64,000 nucleotides of DNA from a virus: the IMG/VR virus record IMGVR_UViG_3300027908_000022, positions 1,572 to 65,571 of that record. One strand, written 5' to 3'. Within the stretch, counting starts at the first letter, position 1. Every line of letters begins with the position of its first letter. Under the pieces are notes generated by a model. That model was not told the origin of the DNA. It saw only the letters and a list, made by a program, of their open reading frames with translations, and made no database searches. The position numbers and the translations under genes are program-made. This document shows, one piece after another, positions 1 to 9,506 of the stretch.

Positions 1-3000
1 GTCGTCGAGGACGAGGGCGTCCTCTTCGTGCCGAACACGCAGATCGAGGACTTCCTGCCGACGCAGGCGCTCTATCTCCAGCGCATGAGCGTTCCGCACA
101 AGGCCATCGCGCTTCCCGATAGCGTGCGCATCGTCGTCCGGGCGAATGACGTTTATTGTCCGCCCTACGACGTGCATCGGCCGCTGCTCGAGAGCGGGCG
201 CGCGGCGCTGGTCGCGAACACCAGGTGGCAAGCCGATCTCTTCGGGTTCGCCAAGGAGCGGATCGTCATCTCGCCGATGCTCGATCCGGTGCCATTGGTC
301 GGGAAGACTCAAAGACTTTTCGTTTACGCGTCGGGTCCCATGAAGGGCCTCGAGGCCACGCTGGCCATGTGGCGGCTCCTCTGGCGGATGCACCCATCGA
401 TGATGAATGGATCGCAGCTCGTCATCATTTCGCCAGGTTGGGGGGATTTCTCTGGCGTGCCCGAAATCGATCGCGAAATCGGGGTCCGCTTCGAGGGAGC
501 GCCGACGCCTGAGAAATATCGCGAATGGATCGCCCGGGCCGAAGGCATCTTCTTTGTCAACACGATGCCCGAGACGTTCGGCAATGTGTGCGCCCTGGCC
601 GAGTGCTCGCGGACGCGAACACACGTTCTCTGCCGGACCGGCATCGCGGGACTGGCGGAGGCCGTGGCCCAGCGCGAGCTCATCACGGAATCGCAAGAGG
701 CGTTCGTCAATGGATTCTTCAGGTATCTCGGCCAGCCGACCGACGACTTCAAGTGGACCCCGGTCCGCGCTCGGAGCCCCGAGGCCATCATGCCGGAATG
801 GGAGAAGGCGCTCGAGCTGACGCCACCGAAGAAGGCGACGAAGGGCAAGGCCCGGAAGAAGTCGGCCGAGACGGCGCTGCCTGCCGGGCCGCTACCGCGC
901 GCGCCGACGGACACCTCGGACCACGCCGCGCTCTACAGCCAGTTCAAAGAGGCCCTTCTCTCGCTCGGCGATCCGGTCGGCAACGTCACGAGCTACTGGC
1001 GCGAACGCGCCGCGGCGCAAGCCGAGTTTGCGCGCACCAAGCCGGTCGAGGACTTCCTCGCGTGGTCCGACGACGTGGACATGCACGAGCTCGACCTGTT
1101 CACGCCGTGGTATCGCGCGCTCCAGGCCTCGCCGCAGTGGGATCGATGGAAGCGGCTCAGTCGCAAGGCGCAATACGGCAAGCCGCACGCGTTCTCGCTC
1201 GACGAGGGCACCTCGCCCGTCGGTCTGCAGCACGCCTATCACCTGATGTGCTACGAGCAGATGACCGGAGCGCGGTTCCTCGACGGCGTCCAGACGATCG
1301 TCGAGGTCGGCGGCGGATACGGAAACTTTGCCCGTATGCTCCGCGAAGATGGGTTCCGCGGGACGCACGTCATCATCGACTTGCCGCAGACGCGCGAGTT
1401 CCAGAAGCTTTATCTCGGCCTGAACGGCATTCGTACCTCGACGTGCGGTCTTCTGCGGGGTGACTTTCGCTCGAACCTGATAGTCGACGGCGTCAACCTG
1501 GTTCTCGAGGAGGACATCCCGGACGTTCTCCGCCGGCTCGGCGACAAGACGAAGGGCGTCGCGTTCGTCGCTACGTGGAGCCTCAGCGAGACGCCGCTCG
1601 CGTTCCGGAGCAAGCTCTTCCCGGCGCTCTTCGACAAGTGCGGCAAGTACCTGATGGCCACCCAGTGGCCTCAGCACCATACCGACGGTATCGCGAACGA
1701 CGAATACTTTACGCAGTTCATGAAGGCCGCCACGGCAGCTCGTCCCGAGCTCGGATGGCGAACGGCGGTCATCGACCATCACCCGGGATCGCGATACCTC
1801 TTCGCAGGCGAGAAGCTGACGGCGCAATCGGTCGAGCAGACCTTCGCCGATGATCCGTCGCTCGCCTCGAACAAGGAGCCCATGGGTCCTTTCTTCGGGG
1901 ACTTCCTGTCGCTCCTGCGCGGCGCCATCGCGCCCGGCGGGTCCGAGCTCGGCGTCGGCCTCACGCTCTTCTCCTTGGCGGCATCCATTCGCGCGGCGAA
2001 CATCGTCGAGATCGGCCGCTTCAAGGGGTTCTCGACGCTCGCGCTCGCGGCGGCCTGCAAGCTCCAGGCGATCGGCTGGAGGGAAGGGGCCGGAGCCGAG
2101 CAGCGTCCGGACGTCGATTACGCGAAGCTCCTCGGTGAGCGCGATCGCAAGGTCATCTCGATCGATCCCAGCCCGACGCGGGAGGCCGACGAGCTTATCC
2201 GCAAGGCCGGGCTCGAGCCCTACGTGGCGAAGATCGACAAGGCCTCGGGCGACGTGTCGCTCGATCTTCCGATCGACCTGCTCTTCATCGACGGCTCGCA
2301 CATGATCGGGGACGTCCAGCGCGACGTGCAGAAGTACGTTCCGCTCGTCCGGCCGGGCGGATACTTCGTGATGCACGACTATTACGGCTGGTTCCAAAAC
2401 GGCAAGAACGGCAGCCCCATCGCGCGAGTCATCGAGGAAGACCTCGGGGGCTTCGAGCGCGTGCTCATCGACACCGGGTTCGCGAGCATGATGGTCTTCC
2501 GCAACACCGCGACCCTCGAGGCGCGGCCCGAACCTGTGCCGAAGCGCGCGGACGGGCGGCCGACGGTGGGGCTCGTCGTCATCGCCAAGGGCGACGAGGC
2601 GAGCACGGTGATCGCGCGCGCCATCGTGTCGGCCAAGAAGATCGGGGTCGACTGCACGACCGTCGTATGCGACGCCCAGGACAAGGTCGCCGAGGTCTCA
2701 CGACACCTCGGCGCGGATGTCTTCATCCGGCCGAGCCCGAAGGTCGATTGGGAGCAGGGCTACGGCGTCATCGCCGGCGCGCGCAACGAGGCGCTCAAGA
2801 TCGCCGAGCGCCGGACGGATTACGTCCTGCTCATCGATGCCGACGACTGGATCGAGGGAGAGCTCCCGAAAGAGCTGACGGCCGACGGCTACGAGATGCT
2901 CGTCTACGACGGCGGCATGGTCTACCCGCGCATCCAGCTATTCCGCGCCGGCCGCGGCTTCCGGTTTCATGGCATCCGGCACGAGCACCTCGTGATGGGC

Positions 3001-3651
3001 GGCAAGATCGAGCGCACCGGATCGCTCCGGTACTACCGCGGCCATTCGAGCTACGGATTCCAGGACCAGGATCCGCCGGAGGTCAAGTACAGCAAGCACG
3101 CCAAGGACTTGACGAAGTGGCTCATCGACCACCCGGACGATGCGCGCGCGCAGTTCTATCTCGCGCGGAGCTACCAGGATGCGGGCCGCGTGGCGGAGGC
3201 CATCGTCGCGTATGAGAAGCGGCTCGCCATGACGAACGGCTGGGACGAGGAGCGGTTCTACAGCGCATTCCAGATCGGCCTGATGGCCATGCGCAAGGGG
3301 GAGGATCCGACGCAAGCGCTCCTCCGCGCCCACGAGATCCGGCCGACCCGCGCCGAGCCGCTCGTCGTCTTGGCCCAGTGGCACCGCGACGAGAAGCGCA
3401 AGCACTTCTCGACGGCGTACGCGTTCGCGCGGCGGGCCGCAGCGATCCCCATGCCGAATGACGGGCTCTTCATGCAGGCCGCGATCTACGAGTTCGAGGC
3501 CATTGCCGAGCTGGCCATCTGCGCGTACTGGGTCGGCAACAAGGCCGAGAGCCTCGAGATATTCCGGAAGATCGCCGCGACATGCGCGCCCCACCGCAAG
3601 GAATGGGCCGACAATATGGTCGCGATGTGTGCTAGAGAAGTGGCTGCATGA
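1..3651 (+). CDS. Multidomain glycosyltransferase-like / sugar O-methyltransferase / Methyltransf_24 / GT2-TPR fusion (probably 5'-partial)
   Basis: 1207-aa ORF from 28, frame open back to base 1. SAM motif VEVGGGYG; LFIDGSH..D..YVPLVRPGGYFVMHDY; GT2 DxD motif YVLLIDADD followed by TPR-like helices (RAQFYLARSYQDAG). Confidence 0.75.
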   Translation, partial: VVEDEGVLFVPNTQIEDFLPTQALYLQRMSVPHKAIALPDSVRIVVRANDVYCPPYDVHRPLLESGRAALVANTRWQADLFGFAKERIVISPMLDPVPLVGKTQRLFVYASGPMKGLEATLAMWRLLWRMHPSMMNGSQLVIISPGWGDFSGVPEIDREIGVRFEGAPTPEKYREWIARAEGIFFVNTMPETFGNVCALAECSRTRTHVLCRTGIAGLAEAVAQRELITESQEAFVNGFFRYLGQPTDDFKWTPVRARSPEAIMPEWEKALELTPPKKATKGKARKKSAETALPAGPLPRAPTDTSDHAALYSQFKEALLSLGDPVGNVTSYWRERAAAQAEFARTKPVEDFLAWSDDVDMHELDLFTPWYRALQASPQWDRWKRLSRKAQYGKPHAFSLDEGTSPVGLQHAYHLMCYEQMTGARFLDGVQTIVEVGGGYGNFARMLREDGFRGTHVIIDLPQTREFQKLYLGLNGIRTSTCGLLRGDFRSNLIVDGVNLVLEEDIPDVLRRLGDKTKGVAFVATWSLSETPLAFRSKLFPALFDKCGKYLMATQWPQHHTDGIANDEYFTQFMKAATAARPELGWRTAVIDHHPGSRYLFAGEKLTAQSVEQTFADDPSLASNKEPMGPFFGDFLSLLRGAIAPGGSELGVGLTLFSLAASIRAANIVEIGRFKGFSTLALAAACKLQAIGWREGAGAEQRPDVDYAKLLGERDRKVISIDPSPTREADELIRKAGLEPYVAKIDKASGDVSLDLPIDLLFIDGSHMIGDVQRDVQKYVPLVRPGGYFVMHDYYGWFQNGKNGSPIARVIEEDLGGFERVLIDTGFASMMVFRNTATLEARPEPVPKRADGRPTVGLVVIAKGDEASTVIARAIVSAKKIGVDCTTVVCDAQDKVAEVSRHLGADVFIRPSPKVDWEQGYGVIAGARNEALKIAERRTDYVLLIDADDWIEGELPKELTADGYEMLVYDGGMVYPRIQLFRAGRGFRFHGIRHEHLVMGGKIERTGSLRYYRGHSSYGFQDQDPPEVKYSKHAKDLTKWLIDHPDDARAQFYLARSYQDAGRVAEAIVAYEKRLAMTNGWDEERFYSAFQIGLMAMRKGEDPTQALLRAHEIRPTRAEPLVVLAQWHRDEKRKHFSTAYAFARRAAAIPMPNDGLFMQAAIYEFEAIAELAICAYWVGNKAESLEIFRKIAATCAPHRKEWADNMVAMCAREVAA

Positions 3652-4220
3652 TGGAGAACACAATGAATTCGAAGCCTGATGTGCGGTTGGTGATCGTCCG
3701 AGGCAACCACGTCACGGAGGATATCAAGAACCTGAACAGGTTCCTCGAGGACGGTTACGCCCTGCGGGAAGAACACGATTCCGTGAATTGCGCCGAGGGA
3801 TCCGTGCTGCTCTACACGGTGTGGAAGGCTGCGGAGCCGACCAACCCACTCGGCGGCAAGCCCGCGCGCAAGCCCCGCAAGGCTGCGAAGGCCGCGCCCG
3901 TCGTGGCCGCCACGGTCACCAAGGTTCCGGCGAAGCGTGGCCGCAAGCCGAAGGTCGTGATCGCGAAGCCCGTGGTGGTGGCGGCGGCCGCCCCGAAGAA
4001 GAGGGGACGCAAGCCGAAGTCGGCATCCGCCGGCGGCAACCTCGTCAAGGCGGCGCGCAAGTCCGCGGGCCTCACGCAGGCGGCGCTCGCTAAGAAACTC
4101 GGAAAAACTCAACCGGCCATCAGCCTGGCGGAGGCTTCGAACGGCTCGGTCGATCCGGCGTTCGTCGAGGCCGTTCTTACTGCGTGCGAGCTGCCGAGCG
4201 GGTGGCAGCCGAGCGCCTGA
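3648..4220 (+). CDS. XRE-type HTH protein with Lys/Ala-rich linker and AT-hook-like RGRKP motifs
   Basis: KRGRKPK occurs twice; C-terminal VKAARKSAGLTQAALAKKLGKTQPAISLAE is a classic HTH_3; ATGA overlap with upstream stop. Confidence 0.75.
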   Translation: MMENTMNSKPDVRLVIVRGNHVTEDIKNLNRFLEDGYALREEHDSVNCAEGSVLLYTVWKAAEPTNPLGGKPARKPRKAAKAAPVVAATVTKVPAKRGRKPKVVIAKPVVVAAAAPKKRGRKPKSASAGGNLVKAARKSAGLTQAALAKKLGKTQPAISLAEASNGSVDPAFVEAVLTACELPSGWQPSA

Positions 4221-4336
4221 TCGGGCATACTGTCCGGGAACTATCGGTCTCGGCCGATGGAGCGTCAGGGCAGGAGTGGACTGGCATTGGCAGTGACAGG
4301 ACCGGACAGGCGCGGCAGGCTGGCTAACTTCGTTGG

Positions 4337-4876
4337 GTGACCAGCGAAGTCGACTACTCGGACGCCGCATACCCCCTTGAGCTCGTGGTCAACGACGCCG
4401 GGGTAGGCGGCGTCTCGGGCCTCACTTGCACGGTCGCGATCCGCCAAGCGTCGACGACGAATTCGTATTTGGACTGGAGCGACGCGACGTTCAAGACGAG
4501 CGGATGGAGCGTCAAAAATCAGCCGCTAACCGACCTCGGAACCGGAATTTATCAAGTCGCGCTGAACGTCGCGAGCCTTGGGTTTACTCCGGCAGGCGGC
4601 CTCCCGGTCAAGCTCGTCGCCGAATATTCGTCGACGGGCTCGGGCACGTCGGGCCTGGCCATCGATACGCTCATCGTCAGCGAGCTTCGGCCGGACGCGA
4701 AGATCGCCAGGCAGTTCAACACAAACAAGCTCGTCGCCCAGGGCGGGAATCCTGGCACGTTGGTGCTTTACGAAGACGACGGCGCGACCGTCCAGAGCAC
4801 GCAAAACCTCGAAGATTATGCCGGCGGCGCCGTCACAAATACCCCCGGATCCCCGGCTCAGCGCGGCTCGGTGTAG
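4337..4876 (+). CDS. Hypothetical, possibly virion structural protein
   Basis: 179-aa Gly/Ser/Thr-rich ORF with GTG start, directly upstream of the head gene. Confidence 0.55.
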   Translation: MTSEVDYSDAAYPLELVVNDAGVGGVSGLTCTVAIRQASTTNSYLDWSDATFKTSGWSVKNQPLTDLGTGIYQVALNVASLGFTPAGGLPVKLVAEYSSTGSGTSGLAIDTLIVSELRPDAKIARQFNTNKLVAQGGNPGTLVLYEDDGATVQSTQNLEDYAGGAVTNTPGSPAQRGSV

Positions 4877-4879
4877 CCC

Positions 4880-7276
4880 ATGCAGGTCATTGAGCTCGGC
4901 GGCGTATCCGGCGTCGGCGGCTTGCCGGTTACGCACGGCCTCGGCCCGAGCGGCACCGGGATATTCGTCTCGGGTGATCAGCAGCTCGCCGGCTTCGAGC
5001 AGTCCGCCGTCGTCGCATTCACGGCCCCGCAAGGCATCGCGTCTTGGGGTTGGTTGCTGTCGACCGACAATTTCACTGAGCGCCGCAAGCGCAAGTGGAA
5101 GATGCAGTGGGAGCGCGAGGAAGAATCCAAACAGCAACGCAAGAAAGACCGCGAGAAAAAGCGGAAGCTCGAAGAGGCCGCGCGCGCCGCGGCAGCCGAG
5201 AAATCAAGGGGTGACGCGGCCCATACGTGGCTATTGCCCACACCGGATCCGCAGCCGGTCCGTGTACAACCGCCGCCGCCCCCTGTTTTTACATCCGTCC
5301 GATCTTTCCTCCCGGGGCTTTCCCAGACGGGTCGCGCCGGCGCGCGGCCCCCGCTCCGGTTCGGACTCGGCCGGTCCCGGCTGGGAGGGTTTGGGCAAAA
5401 GTCCGAGCTCGGATTCACCCCCGAACGCCGCGTAACGATTCAGCTCACGCTCGCAGGCTTCGGCCAGGCTGGGACGGTTTGGGAAGAAGTCCCCGTCTTC
5501 CCGGCTCGAGCGTACCAGGAGCTGGCCGGGCTCCGCGCGCGCGGCGCACTCCACCGCGAGCGGCCCGGGTTCCCGATCGCCGGCCGGAGCGCCCTGCCTG
5601 GCTTCGCCCAGCGCCACTACGGCCATGTCGACGGCGAGACGCCCGGCTTGAGGAGCCAGCTCGAAATCGAGCGCCAGGCCCACCAGGCGGCCATGGCGCG
5701 CGCCGACGAGGCCTTGGCCAGCCACCAGGCCGAGGCCGAGGCCAAGGCCGCCCAGGAGGCCGCGGAGCGCGCCGCGCGCATCGAGCGGCTCACGGCGGAC
5801 CGGGAGCGCGAGATCGCCCGCCATCGCGTCGCCGTCATCGAGGCAGACCTCGGCCGGGCGGACGCCGAAGACGACGCGGAGATCGTGCGCACCATGTACG
5901 CCACGCTCCTCGAGGACCAGGGCTTGGCCTTCGCTCGGACGCTGGAGGCGGTCGTCATCCCCGCGCCCGTCGAGCCGCCGCGCCCCGCCGACGGGTGGGT
6001 CTTCGCCCGGGTCGAGCTCGGCCAGTTCGCCCAAGCGGCTCGAGCGGCCGTTACGGACCCGCTGGCCAACGTGACCGATGAAGAGTTCGGGGCGGTTGTA
6101 TCGAAGCCCTCCTATGTGGCCGACCGGGTGGGATCCCTCGGGGAGCCGGACGATTTGGGCGAGCCCGAGGCTCAGCCGGAAGACCTGACGCCGCCGGCGC
6201 CCGACCTGGCGGCCGTCATCCCCATCGACCGGAAGAAGCGCGAGTTCCACGAGGATCCCGTGCGCGAGGTCAGCCCGGGCCGATGGCGGTGGGGCAAGAG
6301 CGGCAAGACCTACAAATCGAAGGCAGCCGCGCAACGGCAAGCCGCGGCGATCTACGCGTCCGGCTGGCGTGGGGATGCATTGCGCGCCAAGGCCGCGCCA
6401 CTCAAGCCGAGCCCGCGCGCCGAAACACGGTACGCGTTGGACCTCCAGCAAATCATGAAGGCGGTCCATGCCGCTGCGCTGCATATCGTCCACCGGGAAC
6501 TGAAGCCGCACAAGTCGGAGCTACACCAGGACAGCATCGGCGACGCAAAAAGCCGGCTGCACAAGCTTTCGTATCAGCTGGCGCCGTGGCTGCGCATGCA
6601 CGTCGCGAACGCTTTCAACCGAATGTCCGGCGAGGTCCGCACCCATTCGGGTACAGCGGCCAAGCTGGTCGGCGTCCCTCTGCGCCAATCCTTGAGCCTC
6701 GACCGGCTGATTGACGAGACCCGTCAGGCCAACGTCAACCTGATCACGAATGCAAGCTCGACATTCCTCGACCAGGTCCGAGACGTCCTGGACGAATACG
6801 GGGATCTGCCCGCGGGCCGCGGCGCGGGCGAAGAGCGGCTCGCCGACCTCGAGGAAGGCGCCGTGCCGCGCATGCTGAGCGAGGCGCTACAGCAACGCGT
6901 GGACGTGAGCAAGAGCCGCGCGCAGACCATCGCGAGAGACCAGGTCATTCGCCTGAACTCCAAGGTTCACGAGAAGCGCGCACGGTCGGCCGGCACGACT
7001 CACTATCGGTGGTCTACTTCAAGAGATGAGCGTGTGTCCGGGGACCCGAGCGGCAAGTATCCGAAGGCCGAGCCGAGTCACTTCGATCGCGACGGGAAAG
7101 TCTTCGCGTGGGACGATCCGCCCGACGAGGACTCCTACGACGGGCACCCAGGACAGAATCGGCCGAATTGTCGATGCGTCGCGTTGCCGATTATCGACGA
7201 GCTGGAGGATGACGACACCGAGTCGGAGCCGGAGCCGGAGGAGTCGAGCGACGACGACGAAGCGGCCGAAGGCTAG
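4880..7276 (+). CDS. Phage head morphogenesis protein (SPP1 gp7 / Mu F-like C-terminus) with long N-terminal extension
   Basis: C-terminal RAQTIARDQVIRLN, HYRWSTSRDERV and HPGQ..NCRCVA motifs of the gp7/Mu F family. Confidence 0.8.
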   Translation: MQVIELGGVSGVGGLPVTHGLGPSGTGIFVSGDQQLAGFEQSAVVAFTAPQGIASWGWLLSTDNFTERRKRKWKMQWEREEESKQQRKKDREKKRKLEEAARAAAAEKSRGDAAHTWLLPTPDPQPVRVQPPPPPVFTSVRSFLPGLSQTGRAGARPPLRFGLGRSRLGGFGQKSELGFTPERRVTIQLTLAGFGQAGTVWEEVPVFPARAYQELAGLRARGALHRERPGFPIAGRSALPGFAQRHYGHVDGETPGLRSQLEIERQAHQAAMARADEALASHQAEAEAKAAQEAAERAARIERLTADREREIARHRVAVIEADLGRADAEDDAEIVRTMYATLLEDQGLAFARTLEAVVIPAPVEPPRPADGWVFARVELGQFAQAARAAVTDPLANVTDEEFGAVVSKPSYVADRVGSLGEPDDLGEPEAQPEDLTPPAPDLAAVIPIDRKKREFHEDPVREVSPGRWRWGKSGKTYKSKAAAQRQAAAIYASGWRGDALRAKAAPLKPSPRAETRYALDLQQIMKAVHAAALHIVHRELKPHKSELHQDSIGDAKSRLHKLSYQLAPWLRMHVANAFNRMSGEVRTHSGTAAKLVGVPLRQSLSLDRLIDETRQANVNLITNASSTFLDQVRDVLDEYGDLPAGRGAGEERLADLEEGAVPRMLSEALQQRVDVSKSRAQTIARDQVIRLNSKVHEKRARSAGTTHYRWSTSRDERVSGDPSGKYPKAEPSHFDRDGKVFAWDDPPDEDSYDGHPGQNRPNCRCVALPIIDELEDDDTESEPEPEESSDDDEAAEG

Positions 7277-7650
7277 AGCGCACTTACCTCAGTTCTTCGT
7301 ACAAGCACGGCGCCCAGGCACGTAGTGCACTTCAGCATGGTGTAGTTGATCCCCGGGGCCGTCGTCGGCGAATCGACATAGTTGGCGTAGACGTCTTGGA
7401 TCACGTAGGCCGACTTCCCGCCGCATAATGGACAGTCGATATCCTTGACGGGAGCCTCGGGCACTCCCAGCAGCTCCCGTGCAATGCCCTTGGCGTGGTC
7501 TATGGTGCGGGCGTGCAGGACCAGCTCGAGCGCGCGCACTGCGGCGTTGCGCTCCGCCCATGCCGTATCCACCGTCCGTCCCGCGCAGTGGTGACACGGC
7601 TGCCGGTGCTGGCGGCTGCAGTCGTCAGGAAGAAGGCGAGGTCGGCTCAT
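7273..7650 (-). CDS. Hypothetical protein with CxxC pairs
   Basis: 125-aa ORF with ATGA coupling; CPLC and CTTC motifs. Confidence 0.55.
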   Translation of the reverse strand: MSRPRLLPDDCSRQHRQPCHHCAGRTVDTAWAERNAAVRALELVLHARTIDHAKGIARELLGVPEAPVKDIDCPLCGGKSAYVIQDVYANYVDSPTTAPGINYTMLKCTTCLGAVLVRRTEVSAL

Positions 7651-7880
7651 GACAACTTCGTCGTCGTCAAGCCTGGCGCCATCGCCGATAAGTCCCCTTC
7701 AATAATGTCGGCCAGTCTTCGAAGGGCTCCCGGGATGAGAACCGCATCCTCCCCCGTCACGTGGCACTCGAACCCGTTCCCGCGGTCGCCATGGATGACG
7801 ATCAGCAAAACGCCACGTGCGCGGGTCCTCTCCCGGATGATCTCCGCTTCTGCGTCGTACGCGCCCGGCCCGATCGCCAT
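7647..7880 (-). CDS. Small conserved phage hypothetical protein (MAIGPGAYD...)
   Basis: ATG at 7880 in a TGATG overlap with the upstream stop; 77 aa. Confidence 0.6.
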   Translation of the reverse strand: MAIGPGAYDAEAEIIRERTRARGVLLIVIHGDRGNGFECHVTGEDAVLIPGALRRLADIIEGDLSAMAPGLTTTKLS

Positions 7881-8470
7881 CACTCGCCCCCTGGAAGACT
7901 CGCATACAGCGCCTCGATCCACTGCTTGCGCTCCGCGGTTCGCGCCAGCTCCTCCGCGCAACGCTTCGCGTGAGAGACAATGGACTCGCGCGTGCTCTCG
8001 ATCTTGTCGGCCAGCCACTGCTTCGGGTCGTTCGGTACTGTATCGGTGTACGGTGTCCAATCGCTCCTGCAGAGGTCGATCTGTTCGAGCATGAATCGCT
8101 GGAGCCCCTCGTGTTGCTCCGTGGGCGGCTTCCACGCCTCGACCTTGGCGCGCATCGACGCGTAGCGCTTGCGCGTCTTCTCGCACTTGGCCAGGTGCGC
8201 CGCGTTGGCTCTCGTGATGCGCGAGACCTCGGCGTTGAACAAGGCCAGCGCGGCCACACTACTGAGGCCTTCGAGCTCGCGCAACGTGGCCCGAACGCGT
8301 TCGGCTTCTTCCGCGTGATAGTGGCTCGCCTCCGGCGCCTTCGGCAGGTCGTCCATGGGGTCATCGCGCTGATGGATACAGGCTCCCATGCCGCGAGCAC
8401 ACCGCAGGGCGAACTCGCGTAGCGTCAGATCGGGCTTCTCTTCGATGATCGCGGTATATCCTGTGGGCAT
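7880..8470 (-). CDS. Conserved phage hypothetical protein (MPTGYT..I..FALRCARGMG family)
   Basis: Recognisable N-terminal motif; ATG at 8470. Confidence 0.65.
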   Translation of the reverse strand: MPTGYTAIIEEKPDLTLREFALRCARGMGACIHQRDDPMDDLPKAPEASHYHAEEAERVRATLRELEGLSSVAALALFNAEVSRITRANAAHLAKCEKTRKRYASMRAKVEAWKPPTEQHEGLQRFMLEQIDLCRSDWTPYTDTVPNDPKQWLADKIESTRESIVSHAKRCAEELARTAERKQWIEALYASLPGGE

Positions 8471-8483
8471 GACTCGGTCCCTT

Positions 8484-8690
8484 TCACCCGTGATTCCACC
8501 ACGCACCGATGCGGCCCACGAGCCATAGAGTCGTCCCAGCGAGGAACATCACGGCGCCGACCGCCGGGGGCTCATGGCTCTGCACGAGGCCCACGCACAT
8601 CACGGGCGACAAGAGAAGCAAGAGCACGCCGACGAGCTGTACGCTTTTCCACTTTTTGCTGGTCTTTTCGATGGTCTGTACCTGGTTCAT
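8484..8690 (-). CDS. Small membrane protein, two TM helices
   Basis: 68 aa with two hydrophobic stretches; ATGA coupling. Confidence 0.6.
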   Translation of the reverse strand: MNQVQTIEKTSKKWKSVQLVGVLLLLLSPVMCVGLVQSHEPPAVGAVMFLAGTTLWLVGRIGAWWNHG

Positions 8691-8863
8691 GTCGTCACCC
8701 TTCCCTTCTTTTGTCCTGGTAGCTTGATTCCGAGCTTCATCGCCGCGCGCTCGATGCGCTCAGCCGATGCGGCGCGCACGTCGTCGCCAGCGAGATAGCT
8801 CGTGACGGTTCTTCGGTCGCATTCGCTTTCGGCCGAAAGCCGCAATATCTCTTGTCGGGTCAT
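8687..8863 (-). CDS. Small HTH DNA-binding protein
   Basis: 58 aa; LSAESECDRRTVTSYLAG...ERIERAAMKLGI is a LacI/Cro-like HTH pattern; paralog at 27405-27635. Confidence 0.6.
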   Translation of the reverse strand: MTRQEILRLSAESECDRRTVTSYLAGDDVRAASAERIERAAMKLGIKLPGQKKGRVTT

Positions 8864-8994
8864 CGTGGTCGCTCGTCTCGTTCTGGTCCTACGCCGCCCG
8901 GTGGGTGTTCGCGCCACCATCGGATGACGCTCGCTGCATTGTCCGGAGCCTCGCACAATATCACAACCTGCTGTCGCTCCCATATGAAGCTACC

Positions 8995-9021
8995 GGGACG
9001 CCCGGCTAACCCGAGCGTCCC
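8995..9021. terminator. GC-rich hairpin downstream of the small array
   Basis: GGGACGC/GCGTCCC arms plus an inner CGG/CCG pair; no U-tract. Confidence 0.3.
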
Positions 9022-9094
9022 GTGGACATCAACGCACCACACGTACCATGCGCCCATCGCGTGGCTTACGTGGACCCATTGTCCCTGATGAATT

Positions 9095-9499
9095 CTGCCG
9101 CTCCAAGCCATACTGGTCCCGCCCTTGCCTCGACTGCCTAGCCGTGCGCCGCCGCCCAATCCGGTCCTATCCCATCCTGCCCCGCCGCTCCGACGAGCCG
9201 CCTTTCCCGTCCTTTCCCTGCCTGCCGTTCCTCTCCCGTCAGACCATTCCGATCCGGTCCGTTCCATGCCTGCCCGTCCGCTCCGACCCATCCGATCCGC
9301 CCGGTCCGCTCCGGTCAATGCCAAGCCTGCCGTGCCTCGCCTGTCCGCTCGCTTCCGATCCTAGCCTGCCGAGCCGACCCAACCGATCCGATCCCTTCCT
9401 GGACTTGCCTGCCGAGCCGGTCCTGTTCCACCAGTACCCGCCTATCCTGCCACGCCCGTCCGATCCAATCCGATCCGCCACGTCCCATCCTATCCTGCC
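9095..9499 (-). ncRNA. Short GG(A/C)NN pentamer array, putative guide-RNA array (VIPR-like), ~9 segments
   Basis: Minus strand reads GGCAGG ATAGG ATGGG ACGTG GCGG ATCGG ATTGG ATCGG ACGGG CGT GGCAGG... GGCAGG separators (CCTGCC on +) at 9494, 9446, 9408, 9365, 9326, 9269, 9221 and 9176. Starts 7 nt after the stop of 9507-10139. Confidence 0.75.
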
Positions 9500-9506
9500 G
9501 AAGCTG

